Shown here: positions 9,172 through 17,575 of the stretch, one piece after another
Numbering within the stretch: position 1 is the first letter of the stretch
Layout of the letters: each line of letters starts with the position of its first letter
NCBI GenBank assembly: GCA_021498095.1
Contig: JAIZWK010000001.1
Location: 2,760,001 to 2,792,000, forward strand
Direction: 5' to 3'
Length of the DNA: 32,000 bases
DNA from: Candidatus Harpocratesius repetitus
GTDB taxonomy: Archaea; Asgardarchaeota; Lokiarchaeia; Sigyniarchaeales; Promethearchaeaceae
Position numbers and translations under genes: made by a program
Notes under the pieces: generated by a model
Told to the model about the DNA's origin: nothing
What the model saw: only the letters and a program-made list of their open reading frames with translations
The model's database searches: none

Positions 9172-10482
9172 TTATTTGAGTATTGACAATCCAGGATATA
9201 ATGGAAATTCTTTAGTTAATTCCAAAATTTCCTCATGAACCTTAGCACTTACTGATTTATCGCCTTTAGATTTGATAACACGAGCAATTCCGCTGGCAAT
9301 TACCTTCATTTCAGATTCTTTCATTCCACGACTTGTAATTGCAGGTGTTCCCAAACGAATTCCTGAAGGATTAAATGGAGTTGATGGTTCATAAGGAACA
9401 GTATTTTTATTTGTGGTGATTCCTGCAGCGTCTAATGCATTTTGGATTAATTTGCCTTCTCCAGTTAATCCATCAGGTCGTAAATCAATAAGAATAAGAT
9501 GATTGTCTGTTCCATTTGAAACTAATTTTATATCAAGAGCCATTAATTCATCAGCTAAGGCTTTTGCATTTTTAACAATCTGCTGAGCATATTCTTTAAA
9601 CTCGGGTTTCATAGCTTCTTTAAAGGTTATAGCCTTAGCTGCAGTCACATGATCATGGGGTCCACCTTGTAATCCTGGGAATACAGCAGAATCAATCAAT
9701 TGAGCCAAATTTTTCTTAGAAGTCGGATGATAAAGATCATGTAAACGATCTTCAGTTTTGCACATAATAATTGCACCACGTGGACCTCGTAGACTTTTGT
9801 GCGTTGTTGTTGTAACTACATCAGCATAAGGTACTGGACTCATATGTGCACCACCAGCAACCAATCCCGCAATGTGAGAAATATCCGCTAATTGATATGC
9901 ATTTACTTCTTCACATATTTCTTGAAATGCTTTAAAATCTATAGCACGTGGATAAGCTGTAAGACCAGATATAATCATTTTAGGTTTTTCTTGAATAGCC
10001 AATTTTCTGACATTATCCATATCAAGCATTTCAGTTTTTGGATCTACATCATATGAAACACATGTATAGTTTTTTCCTGAGAAATTTACATGACTTCCAT
10101 GGGTCAAATGTCCACCCGATGTTAGGTTAAAACCTAAATATTTATCTTTTAAATTAAGTAAAGCAAAATAAACTGCTTGATTAGCGGGTGAACCTGAATA
10201 AGGTTGTACATTAACATGTTCAGCCCCAAATAATTGTTTCGCCCTATCAATTGCAATTTGCTCTACTTCATCTACGACTTCATTTCCTCCATAATAACGT
10301 TTTTTAGGATATCCTTCAGAATACTTATTAGTAAAAACACTTCCTACTGCTTGCAATACAGCACGATAAGTATAATTTTCAGAAGGGATTAATTCGATAC
10401 CTTCTTCTTGACGTTTTAATTCTTTTAAAATTAAATCGGCAATTTCAGAATCCGCCTCGAAAATATCGTTCATTAAATTCAT
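9172..10482 (-). CDS. glyA: Serine hydroxymethyltransferase, bacterial-type
   Basis: LIPSENY, NKYSEGYPKKRYYGG, GGHLTHG, TTTTHKSLRGPRG (PLP lysine), VFPGLQGGP, PSGIRLGTPAITSRG. ATG 10482 follows SD-like GAGAGG and is preferred over the track's TTG 10527. Confidence 0.97.
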   Translation of the reverse strand: MNLMNDIFEADSEIADLILKELKRQEEGIELIPSENYTYRAVLQAVGSVFTNKYSEGYPKKRYYGGNEVVDEVEQIAIDRAKQLFGAEHVNVQPYSGSPANQAVYFALLNLKDKYLGFNLTSGGHLTHGSHVNFSGKNYTCVSYDVDPKTEMLDMDNVRKLAIQEKPKMIISGLTAYPRAIDFKAFQEICEEVNAYQLADISHIAGLVAGGAHMSPVPYADVVTTTTHKSLRGPRGAIIMCKTEDRLHDLYHPTSKKNLAQLIDSAVFPGLQGGPHDHVTAAKAITFKEAMKPEFKEYAQQIVKNAKALADELMALDIKLVSNGTDNHLILIDLRPDGLTGEGKLIQNALDAAGITTNKNTVPYEPSTPFNPSGIRLGTPAITSRGMKESEMKVIASGIARVIKSKGDKSVSAKVHEEILELTKEFPLYPGLSILK

Positions 10483-10627
10483 TTTTCTGTCCTCTCTTAA
10501 AGGAAAACACTTTTCCCTACTTGCCAAGGTAGTGATCTTTCCTTGTTATTTATACATGGCTCACTTCCTATTAAAAGCCTACCCTTCCATTTGTGGTTCC
10601 TATGTGGGAAATAAAATTTATAAAAAG
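10483..10627 (-). promoter_or_regulatory. glyA promoter and putative structured 5' leader
   Basis: TTTATAAA TATA-like box at 10617-10624; downstream segment is G/C-enriched with several complementary blocks (see findings). Confidence 0.45.
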
Positions 10628-10761
10628 CATATTAATCTACCTTTATTTTTTATTAAAAAATTGAAAGAATAGTGCAATTTGGTAAAAATTTTTTGCGAAT
10701 GGAATATTCTTCACATTATCAGAATACATATTTATAGCTGTTAATTGGAGGAGACTTTAGA

Positions 10762-11898
10762 ATTAGCGAAAAAATTGAAGAAAAAATCCGCGAATTTGAA
10801 GAACGTTTAGCCCGTACTCAAAAAAATAAAGCTACACAAAAAGCAATTAATTATACTAAAGCACAAATTGCCAAACTGCGGAATGAATTGTTAAAAATTG
10901 CCAGTTCTAAAAAAGGAGGGGGAGGTGGATTTGGCGTTAAGAAATCTGGTGATGCACAAGTTGCCTTTATTGGTTTCCCAAGTGTTGGAAAATCTTCTCT
11001 TCTAAACCTTTTGACAGGAGGAAATACTAATTCAAAGGTTGCCTCTTATGATTTCACAACCTTACAAGCAATTCCTGGTATGATGGTGATAGAAGATGCA
11101 AGAATTCAATTGATTGATCTCCCTGGAATTATCTTGGGTGCTGCTGCAGGAAAAGGTCGAGGAAAAGAAATAATTGGGGCTGCCAGGAATGCTGACCTTA
11201 TTTTAATTCTAATTGCTTTTCAATATGATGGCAGTATAGATTTCGACCATCTCTTTCAAATTCGGAAAGAATTATTTGATGCCGGTATTAGACTTAATCA
11301 AAAACCCCCAAGGATTCAAATTAAAACTCAAACTCGAGGAGGAATTGGTTTTACATATAACGGCGAACAAATAATGGATAAAGATGAAGTAAAAAGTTTA
11401 ATGAATGAATTAGGCTACAGCAATGCTGCTGTTTACTTCTTTGAGCCGAATGTTACTCCCGATCAACTTATTGATTATGTATTAGGAAATCGAAAATATA
11501 TTTCTGAATTTGTGGTTATTAATAAATCAGATTTGGAACAACATACATATACAGATAAAGAAATCAGTGAAATAATTGGCCATCGCAATTGGATAAAAAT
11601 CTCTGCACTGAATGAAGACCATATTGATGATTTACGCCATCAAATTTTCCTACAATTGCATTTAATTCGCGTTTATTTGAAACCACCGGGTGAAGAAGCA
11701 GACATGGAAGAACCAATTATCTTGAAAGAAGGAGATACAATACAGAAATTGTGTGAAAAACTGCATAAAACATTTCTAAAGAATTATCGATATGCACTAA
11801 TTTGGGGCCCATCTGCGAAACACCCAGGGCAAAAATTTAATACTATGGAACATGTATTAGAAGATGGTGATGTTGTATCTATTTACTTAAAACGATAA
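10762..11898 (+). CDS. drg: DRG-family (OBG/HflX-like) GTPase with C-terminal TGS domain; probable non-canonical ATT start
   Basis: GFPSVGKS (G1), YDFTT (G2), DLPG (G3), NKSD (G4), C-terminal TGS (HVLEDGDVVSI). In-frame upstream EEKIREFEERLARTQKNKATQ...KAQIAKLR is the conserved DRG N-terminus and lies upstream of the track's TTG 10888. Confidence 0.92.
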   Translation: MSEKIEEKIREFEERLARTQKNKATQKAINYTKAQIAKLRNELLKIASSKKGGGGGFGVKKSGDAQVAFIGFPSVGKSSLLNLLTGGNTNSKVASYDFTTLQAIPGMMVIEDARIQLIDLPGIILGAAAGKGRGKEIIGAARNADLILILIAFQYDGSIDFDHLFQIRKELFDAGIRLNQKPPRIQIKTQTRGGIGFTYNGEQIMDKDEVKSLMNELGYSNAAVYFFEPNVTPDQLIDYVLGNRKYISEFVVINKSDLEQHTYTDKEISEIIGHRNWIKISALNEDHIDDLRHQIFLQLHLIRVYLKPPGEEADMEEPIILKEGDTIQKLCEKLHKTFLKNYRYALIWGPSAKHPGQKFNTMEHVLEDGDVVSIYLKR

Positions 11899-12026
11899 AT
11901 TCTTTCATTGTAGTTGCAAAAAAGTTAAAAAAATTAATGAATAATTAAAAAAAATCAGCTATAAGAGAGAAAAATACTTTATTTTTTTCATGGCGATATC
12001 TGGATACCTATTTTTATTTTCTTCTT

Positions 12027-12950
12027 TTAATTATTGTTATTTTCCAATTTTTTCTTCCTTTTTTCAAAATAGGAAAGCTTTACAAAGAGAAAGATAATTC
12101 CTATTGTATAAAGAATATTTAAAGCAAAGTATAATGGAATTTGAACTGCTAACTGTAAATAAATCATAGCAGTAATATTAAACAAATAATGAAAAACGAA
12201 GTAAATAAATGGAAAATAATCAGGAATCTGTTCTTTTATCGGATATTCTTTTTTTGAGGTAAAGTAGACAACTAATGAAATAATCGAACCAATATATATC
12301 AACAAAAAGACAAGCCAAACCCAATTCAGAAAGAATTGAACAATTATAAGTACAGCAAAAAGTAAAATTTCTGCTCCAACAACACAAATTATGGTTCTTA
12401 TTCCCAATGTAGTAAAATTCGATTTTTCAAATTTCAAATCAAAAATGTGAAGAATAAGTGAACTTAAAAATATCACAAAATACCAGCCGTAAAAATTCCC
12501 ATATGCTATACCCATAAAATCTGTATTAGTTATAGTTAATACGGCAGGATGATCTGTCCAGATCCAAAAACCTCCATCTAAACGCACAGCTACAATATCT
12601 GAAAATAAATCGATAGACACAATAAAGGTTGCTTCAAAAATTGTTCTGAATATAATTGGTAAGTGAAAACATTTGCTAACTTCATGTGATAATTCCAGAA
12701 GCATTCCCCAAGACAAACCAATTACTATTGGAACATTAATTGGTGCCTTACCAACCAAAAAAATAAAATCTTGACTGTAATAATAACCGTGCGAAAAGTA
12801 GATATTTACATACTCCAGAACCACACCAAAAATAGCACCTGCAATTATCGTTGATAATGCACGATAATCTTTCTTCGCTATAACTCTTATAATTGCTGTA
12901 ATGAAGAATATAAGAGTAATTATTTCGAATGTTATGATCCATATAGCCAT
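12027..12950 (-). CDS. CruF/DUF422 (carotenoid biosynthesis protein)-like integral membrane protein
   Basis: VPIVIGLSW, DLFSDIVAV, FWIW and GIAYGNFYGWY resemble the family pattern; about 9 TM segments. Confidence 0.65.
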   Translation of the reverse strand: MAIWIITFEIITLIFFITAIIRVIAKKDYRALSTIIAGAIFGVVLEYVNIYFSHGYYYSQDFIFLVGKAPINVPIVIGLSWGMLLELSHEVSKCFHLPIIFRTIFEATFIVSIDLFSDIVAVRLDGGFWIWTDHPAVLTITNTDFMGIAYGNFYGWYFVIFLSSLILHIFDLKFEKSNFTTLGIRTIICVVGAEILLFAVLIIVQFFLNWVWLVFLLIYIGSIISLVVYFTSKKEYPIKEQIPDYFPFIYFVFHYLFNITAMIYLQLAVQIPLYFALNILYTIGIIFLFVKLSYFEKRKKKLENNNN

Positions 12951-13225
12951 GAAAAAATCAATAATTTTTAATTTATTATTTTTCGTTTTTTAAAAATATT
13001 CAACAATTAATACAAAATTAATTGTTAATTCGCAATTTTTAATGAAAGTATTCAAATTTCAAGCAATACTTGATTTCAGAAATCGATCGAATAATATTTT
13101 AAAGATTAAGGATTTTGAATGAAAAAATAAAATTATTTTATAATCCTTTACATATCTTTTTTATAAAAGAATTCATTACTATTTTCAGAAATGAATTCTT
13201 TACTATATAGTAAAATTTTTAATTT

Positions 13226-14623
13226 ATGAGGTTTGAAAATATGACTTCAATGTCTACATCATCACTATCAATTGTTTCTTTTATTGGAATTCCATTATAT
13301 CTTATCAATTATGTTATTTCTTCATACTCACGAACACTTAGATGGCTGATATCGGCTCATCAAGTTTTAAAAGTATTATATCTAATTTCATTTTATATAG
13401 TTTCTACTGTCTCAATAATTTATTTAATTATGGGTATTATTGCATATTTTAAGCCAAAAATAGTTAGTAGATCATTGCCTTATGGTGATGAACCTTTTGT
13501 TACAATCCAAATACCCACATATAACGAATTGGCAGCAATTAATTGTGCTCGATGTTGCTTAAATTTTGATTATCCTCGTGATAAAATGCAAATTATAATT
13601 GGTGATGATAGTAATGATCCATCAATTTCTGCCCAGATTGATGAATTTGCAGCAAAATATCCTGAAATTATAATGGTTACTAGAAGAGGTAATAATATTG
13701 GCTTTAAACCTGGAAATTTAAATCATATGTTGAAATATACTAAAGGAGAATTTATTGCAATTTTTGATTCAGATTTTCTTCCACCTCGTGATTTTCTCCG
13801 TAAAGCAATGCAACCTTTTCAAGGAAATCCCGATCTTGCTGCAGTTCAAGCTCGATGGCATATTACAAATTTATCACAAAATGTTTTCAGTCTATTAGGC
13901 GGTATAACTTCTTATGTTACGCACCATATTGCGATTCCGTTTATGCAAAAAATAGGAGGTAGCGCCTTTTTATGCGGTTCTGCTCATGTTACACGAAAAT
14001 CACACATTGAAATGATTGGAAATTGGCGTGTTGGTGCATTAACTGAAGACATTGAAGCAAGTTTAGAATTAATAAAACGAGGCAAAAGAATAACTTATTT
14101 AGAGGATGTTTTAGTTGATTGTGAAGCACCTTTTACTTTCAAAGATCTTCTTTTACAACAAAAACGTTGGGCATCAGGAAATATAACAGCATTTAAGAGG
14201 AATTTATTGAATGTATGGAAATCAAAGAAAATTACACTTAAAGAAAAAATAAGTGCATCTATTTTCAGTACCGGATATATCTATCCTTATTTCTTACTTT
14301 TTCTAAGTATATGGGGTATTATTTCTCAAATTATTCCCAATCCAATCTCACCACCATTTAATTTATTAGCATTTATTCTAAGTACTATTGGTTCAATATT
14401 GTTGACTAGTGGTGCGTTAATCTCAAGTTCTATGGTTCTTATTAAAAAGAAACAAGGTAGATTAATCCCTAAATTAATAGGTGGCACTCTAACTGTAGGA
14501 ATGGGTTTATTAATTTATGTTAATATAGGTATTTATAGTGGACTTTTTAATCGAAAAATCCCATGGTACATGGTTCAAAAAAATGGTAATTCCTTAGTAT
14601 CTTCTTCCGAGGTATCAAAATAA
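13226..14623 (+). CDS. Processive-type GT2 glycosyltransferase (cellulose synthase-like, CslA-like), copy 1
   Basis: QIPTYNE, GDDS, KPGNLN, FDSDF, TED and QQKRW motifs; N- and C-terminal TM helices. Confidence 0.92.
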   Translation: MRFENMTSMSTSSLSIVSFIGIPLYLINYVISSYSRTLRWLISAHQVLKVLYLISFYIVSTVSIIYLIMGIIAYFKPKIVSRSLPYGDEPFVTIQIPTYNELAAINCARCCLNFDYPRDKMQIIIGDDSNDPSISAQIDEFAAKYPEIIMVTRRGNNIGFKPGNLNHMLKYTKGEFIAIFDSDFLPPRDFLRKAMQPFQGNPDLAAVQARWHITNLSQNVFSLLGGITSYVTHHIAIPFMQKIGGSAFLCGSAHVTRKSHIEMIGNWRVGALTEDIEASLELIKRGKRITYLEDVLVDCEAPFTFKDLLLQQKRWASGNITAFKRNLLNVWKSKKITLKEKISASIFSTGYIYPYFLLFLSIWGIISQIIPNPISPPFNLLAFILSTIGSILLTSGALISSSMVLIKKKQGRLIPKLIGGTLTVGMGLLIYVNIGIYSGLFNRKIPWYMVQKNGNSLVSSSEVSK

Positions 14624-14643
14624 TAAATAAAAGATGTGATTCT

Positions 14644-16011
14644 ATGTTTATTCATCAAAATCTAATATTAATAAAATCAATCGTTTCGCGTGTACTTCTA
14701 TATTTAGAACCTGATACTATTTGGGGAAAAGTGGAAGTTATCCAAAGACAACTATTTTTTCATCGTGTATTTACAATATTTTTCTGGATTATTCTCTTTT
14801 TTGTAACATTGCATTCTCTTTTATATCTTATTATGGGTTTGGTCGGGCATTTTAAGAAAATAAAACCAACTCCTTCTTTAGAAATAGGTCATGAGCCATT
14901 TGTAACAATTCAAATTCCTACTTATAACGAAGCTGCAGCAATAAATTGTGCTAAATGTTGTTTGAATTTTGATTATCCTGCAGATAAAATGCAAATAATT
15001 ATTGGTGATGATAGTGATGATCCAGAAATAAGAGCAAAATTAGATGCTTTCAAAAAAGAGTATTCCAATCGAATAACAATCAATAGACGTGGAACAAATT
15101 ATGGATTAAAATCAGGAAATTTGAATTCTATGTTAAAAATATCTAAAGGTAATTATATAGCAGTATTTGATTCCGACTTCTTACCTAAACCTGATTTTTT
15201 ACGTAAGCTTCTTTATCCATTAGTACATGATAAAACGCTCTGTCTTACACAAGCTCGTTGGCGACTTCACAATCTTGACCAAAATTTATTCAGTGTTTTA
15301 GGTGGAACGGTAAGTTCTTTCTCACATTATGCAGCTCTTCCCTTTTTTAAAGCAATAGGTGGAAATTGTTATGTTGGAGGTTCTGGATTTATTATTCGTA
15401 AATCTGTACTTGAAGATGTTGGAGGTTGGATGGAAGGAACACTAAATGAAGATGTGGAATTATCTTTTGAATTAATGTTGAAAGGTAAACGAATGCTTTT
15501 CTTAGAAGATGTTTTAATTGACTGTGAAGCTGCATTTACACTTAAAGATGTTTATAAACAACAGATGCGATGGGCTTTTGGAATTGTTAGTGCTGTAAAA
15601 AGAAGATTGGGTACAATTCTTCGTTCAAAAACTGTAAATTTTCAAGATAAACTAAGTGCAACAATTCTTGCTACAGGATATGTTTATCCAATTTTACTTT
15701 TCTTACTTTCAATGTTTGGAATACTTCAATTTATTATTCCTAACCCATTCTATCCCCCACTTCCAATTTCAGCTCTGATTTTTAATTTATTTATTGGTGT
15801 TATATTCTCAAGTCTCTCAATGATCAGCAGTGCAATAATTTTATTTAAAAAAGAGAATAAAAAGCTAATTCCAAAATTTATATTTGGATCATTAATTTAT
15901 GGAGGTTATATTTTATCTTACGTCAATTATGGTGTATTTAAAGCCCTTTTAGGAAAGAAAATGGAATGGTTTATATTAAATAAAAATGGAAATTCTCTTT
16001 TGATAAACTGA
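14644..16011 (+). CDS. Processive-type GT2 glycosyltransferase, copy 2 (tandem paralog)
   Basis: QIPTYNE, GDDS, KSGNLN, FDSDF, NED and QQMRW motifs; clearly collinear with copy 1. Confidence 0.92.
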   Translation: MFIHQNLILIKSIVSRVLLYLEPDTIWGKVEVIQRQLFFHRVFTIFFWIILFFVTLHSLLYLIMGLVGHFKKIKPTPSLEIGHEPFVTIQIPTYNEAAAINCAKCCLNFDYPADKMQIIIGDDSDDPEIRAKLDAFKKEYSNRITINRRGTNYGLKSGNLNSMLKISKGNYIAVFDSDFLPKPDFLRKLLYPLVHDKTLCLTQARWRLHNLDQNLFSVLGGTVSSFSHYAALPFFKAIGGNCYVGGSGFIIRKSVLEDVGGWMEGTLNEDVELSFELMLKGKRMLFLEDVLIDCEAAFTLKDVYKQQMRWAFGIVSAVKRRLGTILRSKTVNFQDKLSATILATGYVYPILLFLLSMFGILQFIIPNPFYPPLPISALIFNLFIGVIFSSLSMISSAIILFKKENKKLIPKFIFGSLIYGGYILSYVNYGVFKALLGKKMEWFILNKNGNSLLIN

Positions 16012-16194
16012 TCTGCAGGTCTTAAATAATATTAATAACAGATAGCATCTGATTCAAAAGATGCCCTTTTTTAATTATTTATCATCATGTTTTAGTTTCT
16101 TTTTAAACCCCAGTTAAGATTTATATAGTTTCTCCATGTAATCTACTTAAAACATTAATAATACTTTTTTTACCAATTAGAGGTACAAAAAAAA

Positions 16195-17424
16195 ATGATA
16201 TTACAAGCAGAGAGTGGTATTATTTCTACAGTAATAATAATCGTATTTGTCTTAATAGCAATTGTAGGGTTTATTGTTCTCAAAGGAAATACTGTTGTTC
16301 CATTTAATGAAACCCACGTTGTTTCAAAAGGAAAACGTGTTGCCACCTATGATGGTAAAGGACGTTATGTATTCATTCGATTTTTCATGAGTCGAACGAT
16401 TATTCCAAAACATATATTGGATATAGAACCTAAATTGATTAAATTACATGATCAAGATAATTTACCGTTTGGTGTCGAAATTTCCGTAAAAGTTCAAGTT
16501 ACAGATCCGCAAAAAGCAAGTGCAACTTTAACTAGAATAGATCATTCAACAGTAGCCAAAGTGGTCGAAGATACTGTAATGTCTGCTGCTCGTTCAGTAG
16601 CTATGGAACGCACAATCTTGGATGTTATGAAAAAGCGAGAAGAAATTGAACAAGCAATATACATGATGGTTAGTGATGCATTAGGAAAACTTGGATTAAG
16701 TGCAATTATCTTTGATATTAAAAATATTCGAGATGTAGAAGGTGCAGATGTTATTGAAAATCTGGAAAGAGTTAAGATAGCAGAATTGAGAAAGAATGCA
16801 CGAATTAGCGAATCAATCCATAATAATGAAGCAATTGTTGTTGAGGTAGAAAAGAACAAAGAAGCCAAAGTTAAAACCGAACAAATGTTACAAGAGCAAG
16901 AAGCTGCACGACTAGAAAGAGAACAAATGATTGCTGCTCGACAGAAGGCGGTTGAACAAGAAAAACTTGAAATAGAAATGCAAAGAGTTCGTATGCAAGC
17001 TGAAGCTCAGAAACAACAGAAATTAATAAATGCACAATCTGAAGCAGAATCAATTGCTGTTCGGGCTAAAGCTGAAGCTGAAGCAATTAAAATAAAAGCA
17101 TTAGCTGAAGCTGAAAGTATTCGTGCGCGAGGAGAAGCAGAAGCAAATGTCTTAAAACAAAAAGCTATTGCTATGAAAGATGGAAACTTTGCAGCTCAAA
17201 TTGAAATGATGAAAATACTTTCTGTTGCTCAAGTTGATACTGCTGAAAAAGTGGCTCAAGCATTGGGAAAGAATAACAAAATCATGTATATCCCCATGAC
17301 TAAAGAAGGTAATGTTCTTTCTAATTTCTTACCTAAAATGGATGCAATTATGCAATCAGGATTACCAACCGAATTATTAAATACTTTGAAAAATACAAAG
17401 AAAGAAACAAAAAAAAAGAACTAA
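16195..17424 (+). CDS. Flotillin-like SPFH/band-7 protein
   Basis: N-terminal TM helix (IIIVFVLIAIVGFIVL), SPFH domain, long AEA-rich coiled coil (AKAEAEAIKIKALAEAESIRARGEAEA); SD-like AGAGGT upstream. Confidence 0.93.
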   Translation: MILQAESGIISTVIIIVFVLIAIVGFIVLKGNTVVPFNETHVVSKGKRVATYDGKGRYVFIRFFMSRTIIPKHILDIEPKLIKLHDQDNLPFGVEISVKVQVTDPQKASATLTRIDHSTVAKVVEDTVMSAARSVAMERTILDVMKKREEIEQAIYMMVSDALGKLGLSAIIFDIKNIRDVEGADVIENLERVKIAELRKNARISESIHNNEAIVVEVEKNKEAKVKTEQMLQEQEAARLEREQMIAARQKAVEQEKLEIEMQRVRMQAEAQKQQKLINAQSEAESIAVRAKAEAEAIKIKALAEAESIRARGEAEANVLKQKAIAMKDGNFAAQIEMMKILSVAQVDTAEKVAQALGKNNKIMYIPMTKEGNVLSNFLPKMDAIMQSGLPTELLNTLKNTKKETKKKN

Positions 17425-17471
17425 TGACTATGAACTGAAATTTAAAAGCTTTCATCTTTAAGTAGAAAACC

Positions 17472-17492
17472 TTTTTTTCTAATCATTTTTTT
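17472..17492 (+). terminator. Possible archaeal oligo-U terminator after the flotillin gene
   Basis: Two T7 runs (17472-17478, 17486-17492) about 50 nt after the stop. Confidence 0.35.
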
Positions 17493-17575
17493 AACTCTTT
17501 GATCTATGTAAAAGTAACTAATCACACAAATTCGATTCTATATCATAGAAAATAGAAATTGGAGTAAAATCTTAG

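Noticed and set aside
10500-10600. Resemblance of the glyA leader to TPP (GTAGGGAA) or ZTP (CCTTGGCA) riboswitch 3' ends
   Set aside because: The other required conserved elements (CUGAGA plus CCC/ACCUGAUC for TPP; UGACUGGCG/CGCC pseudoknot for ZTP) are absent.
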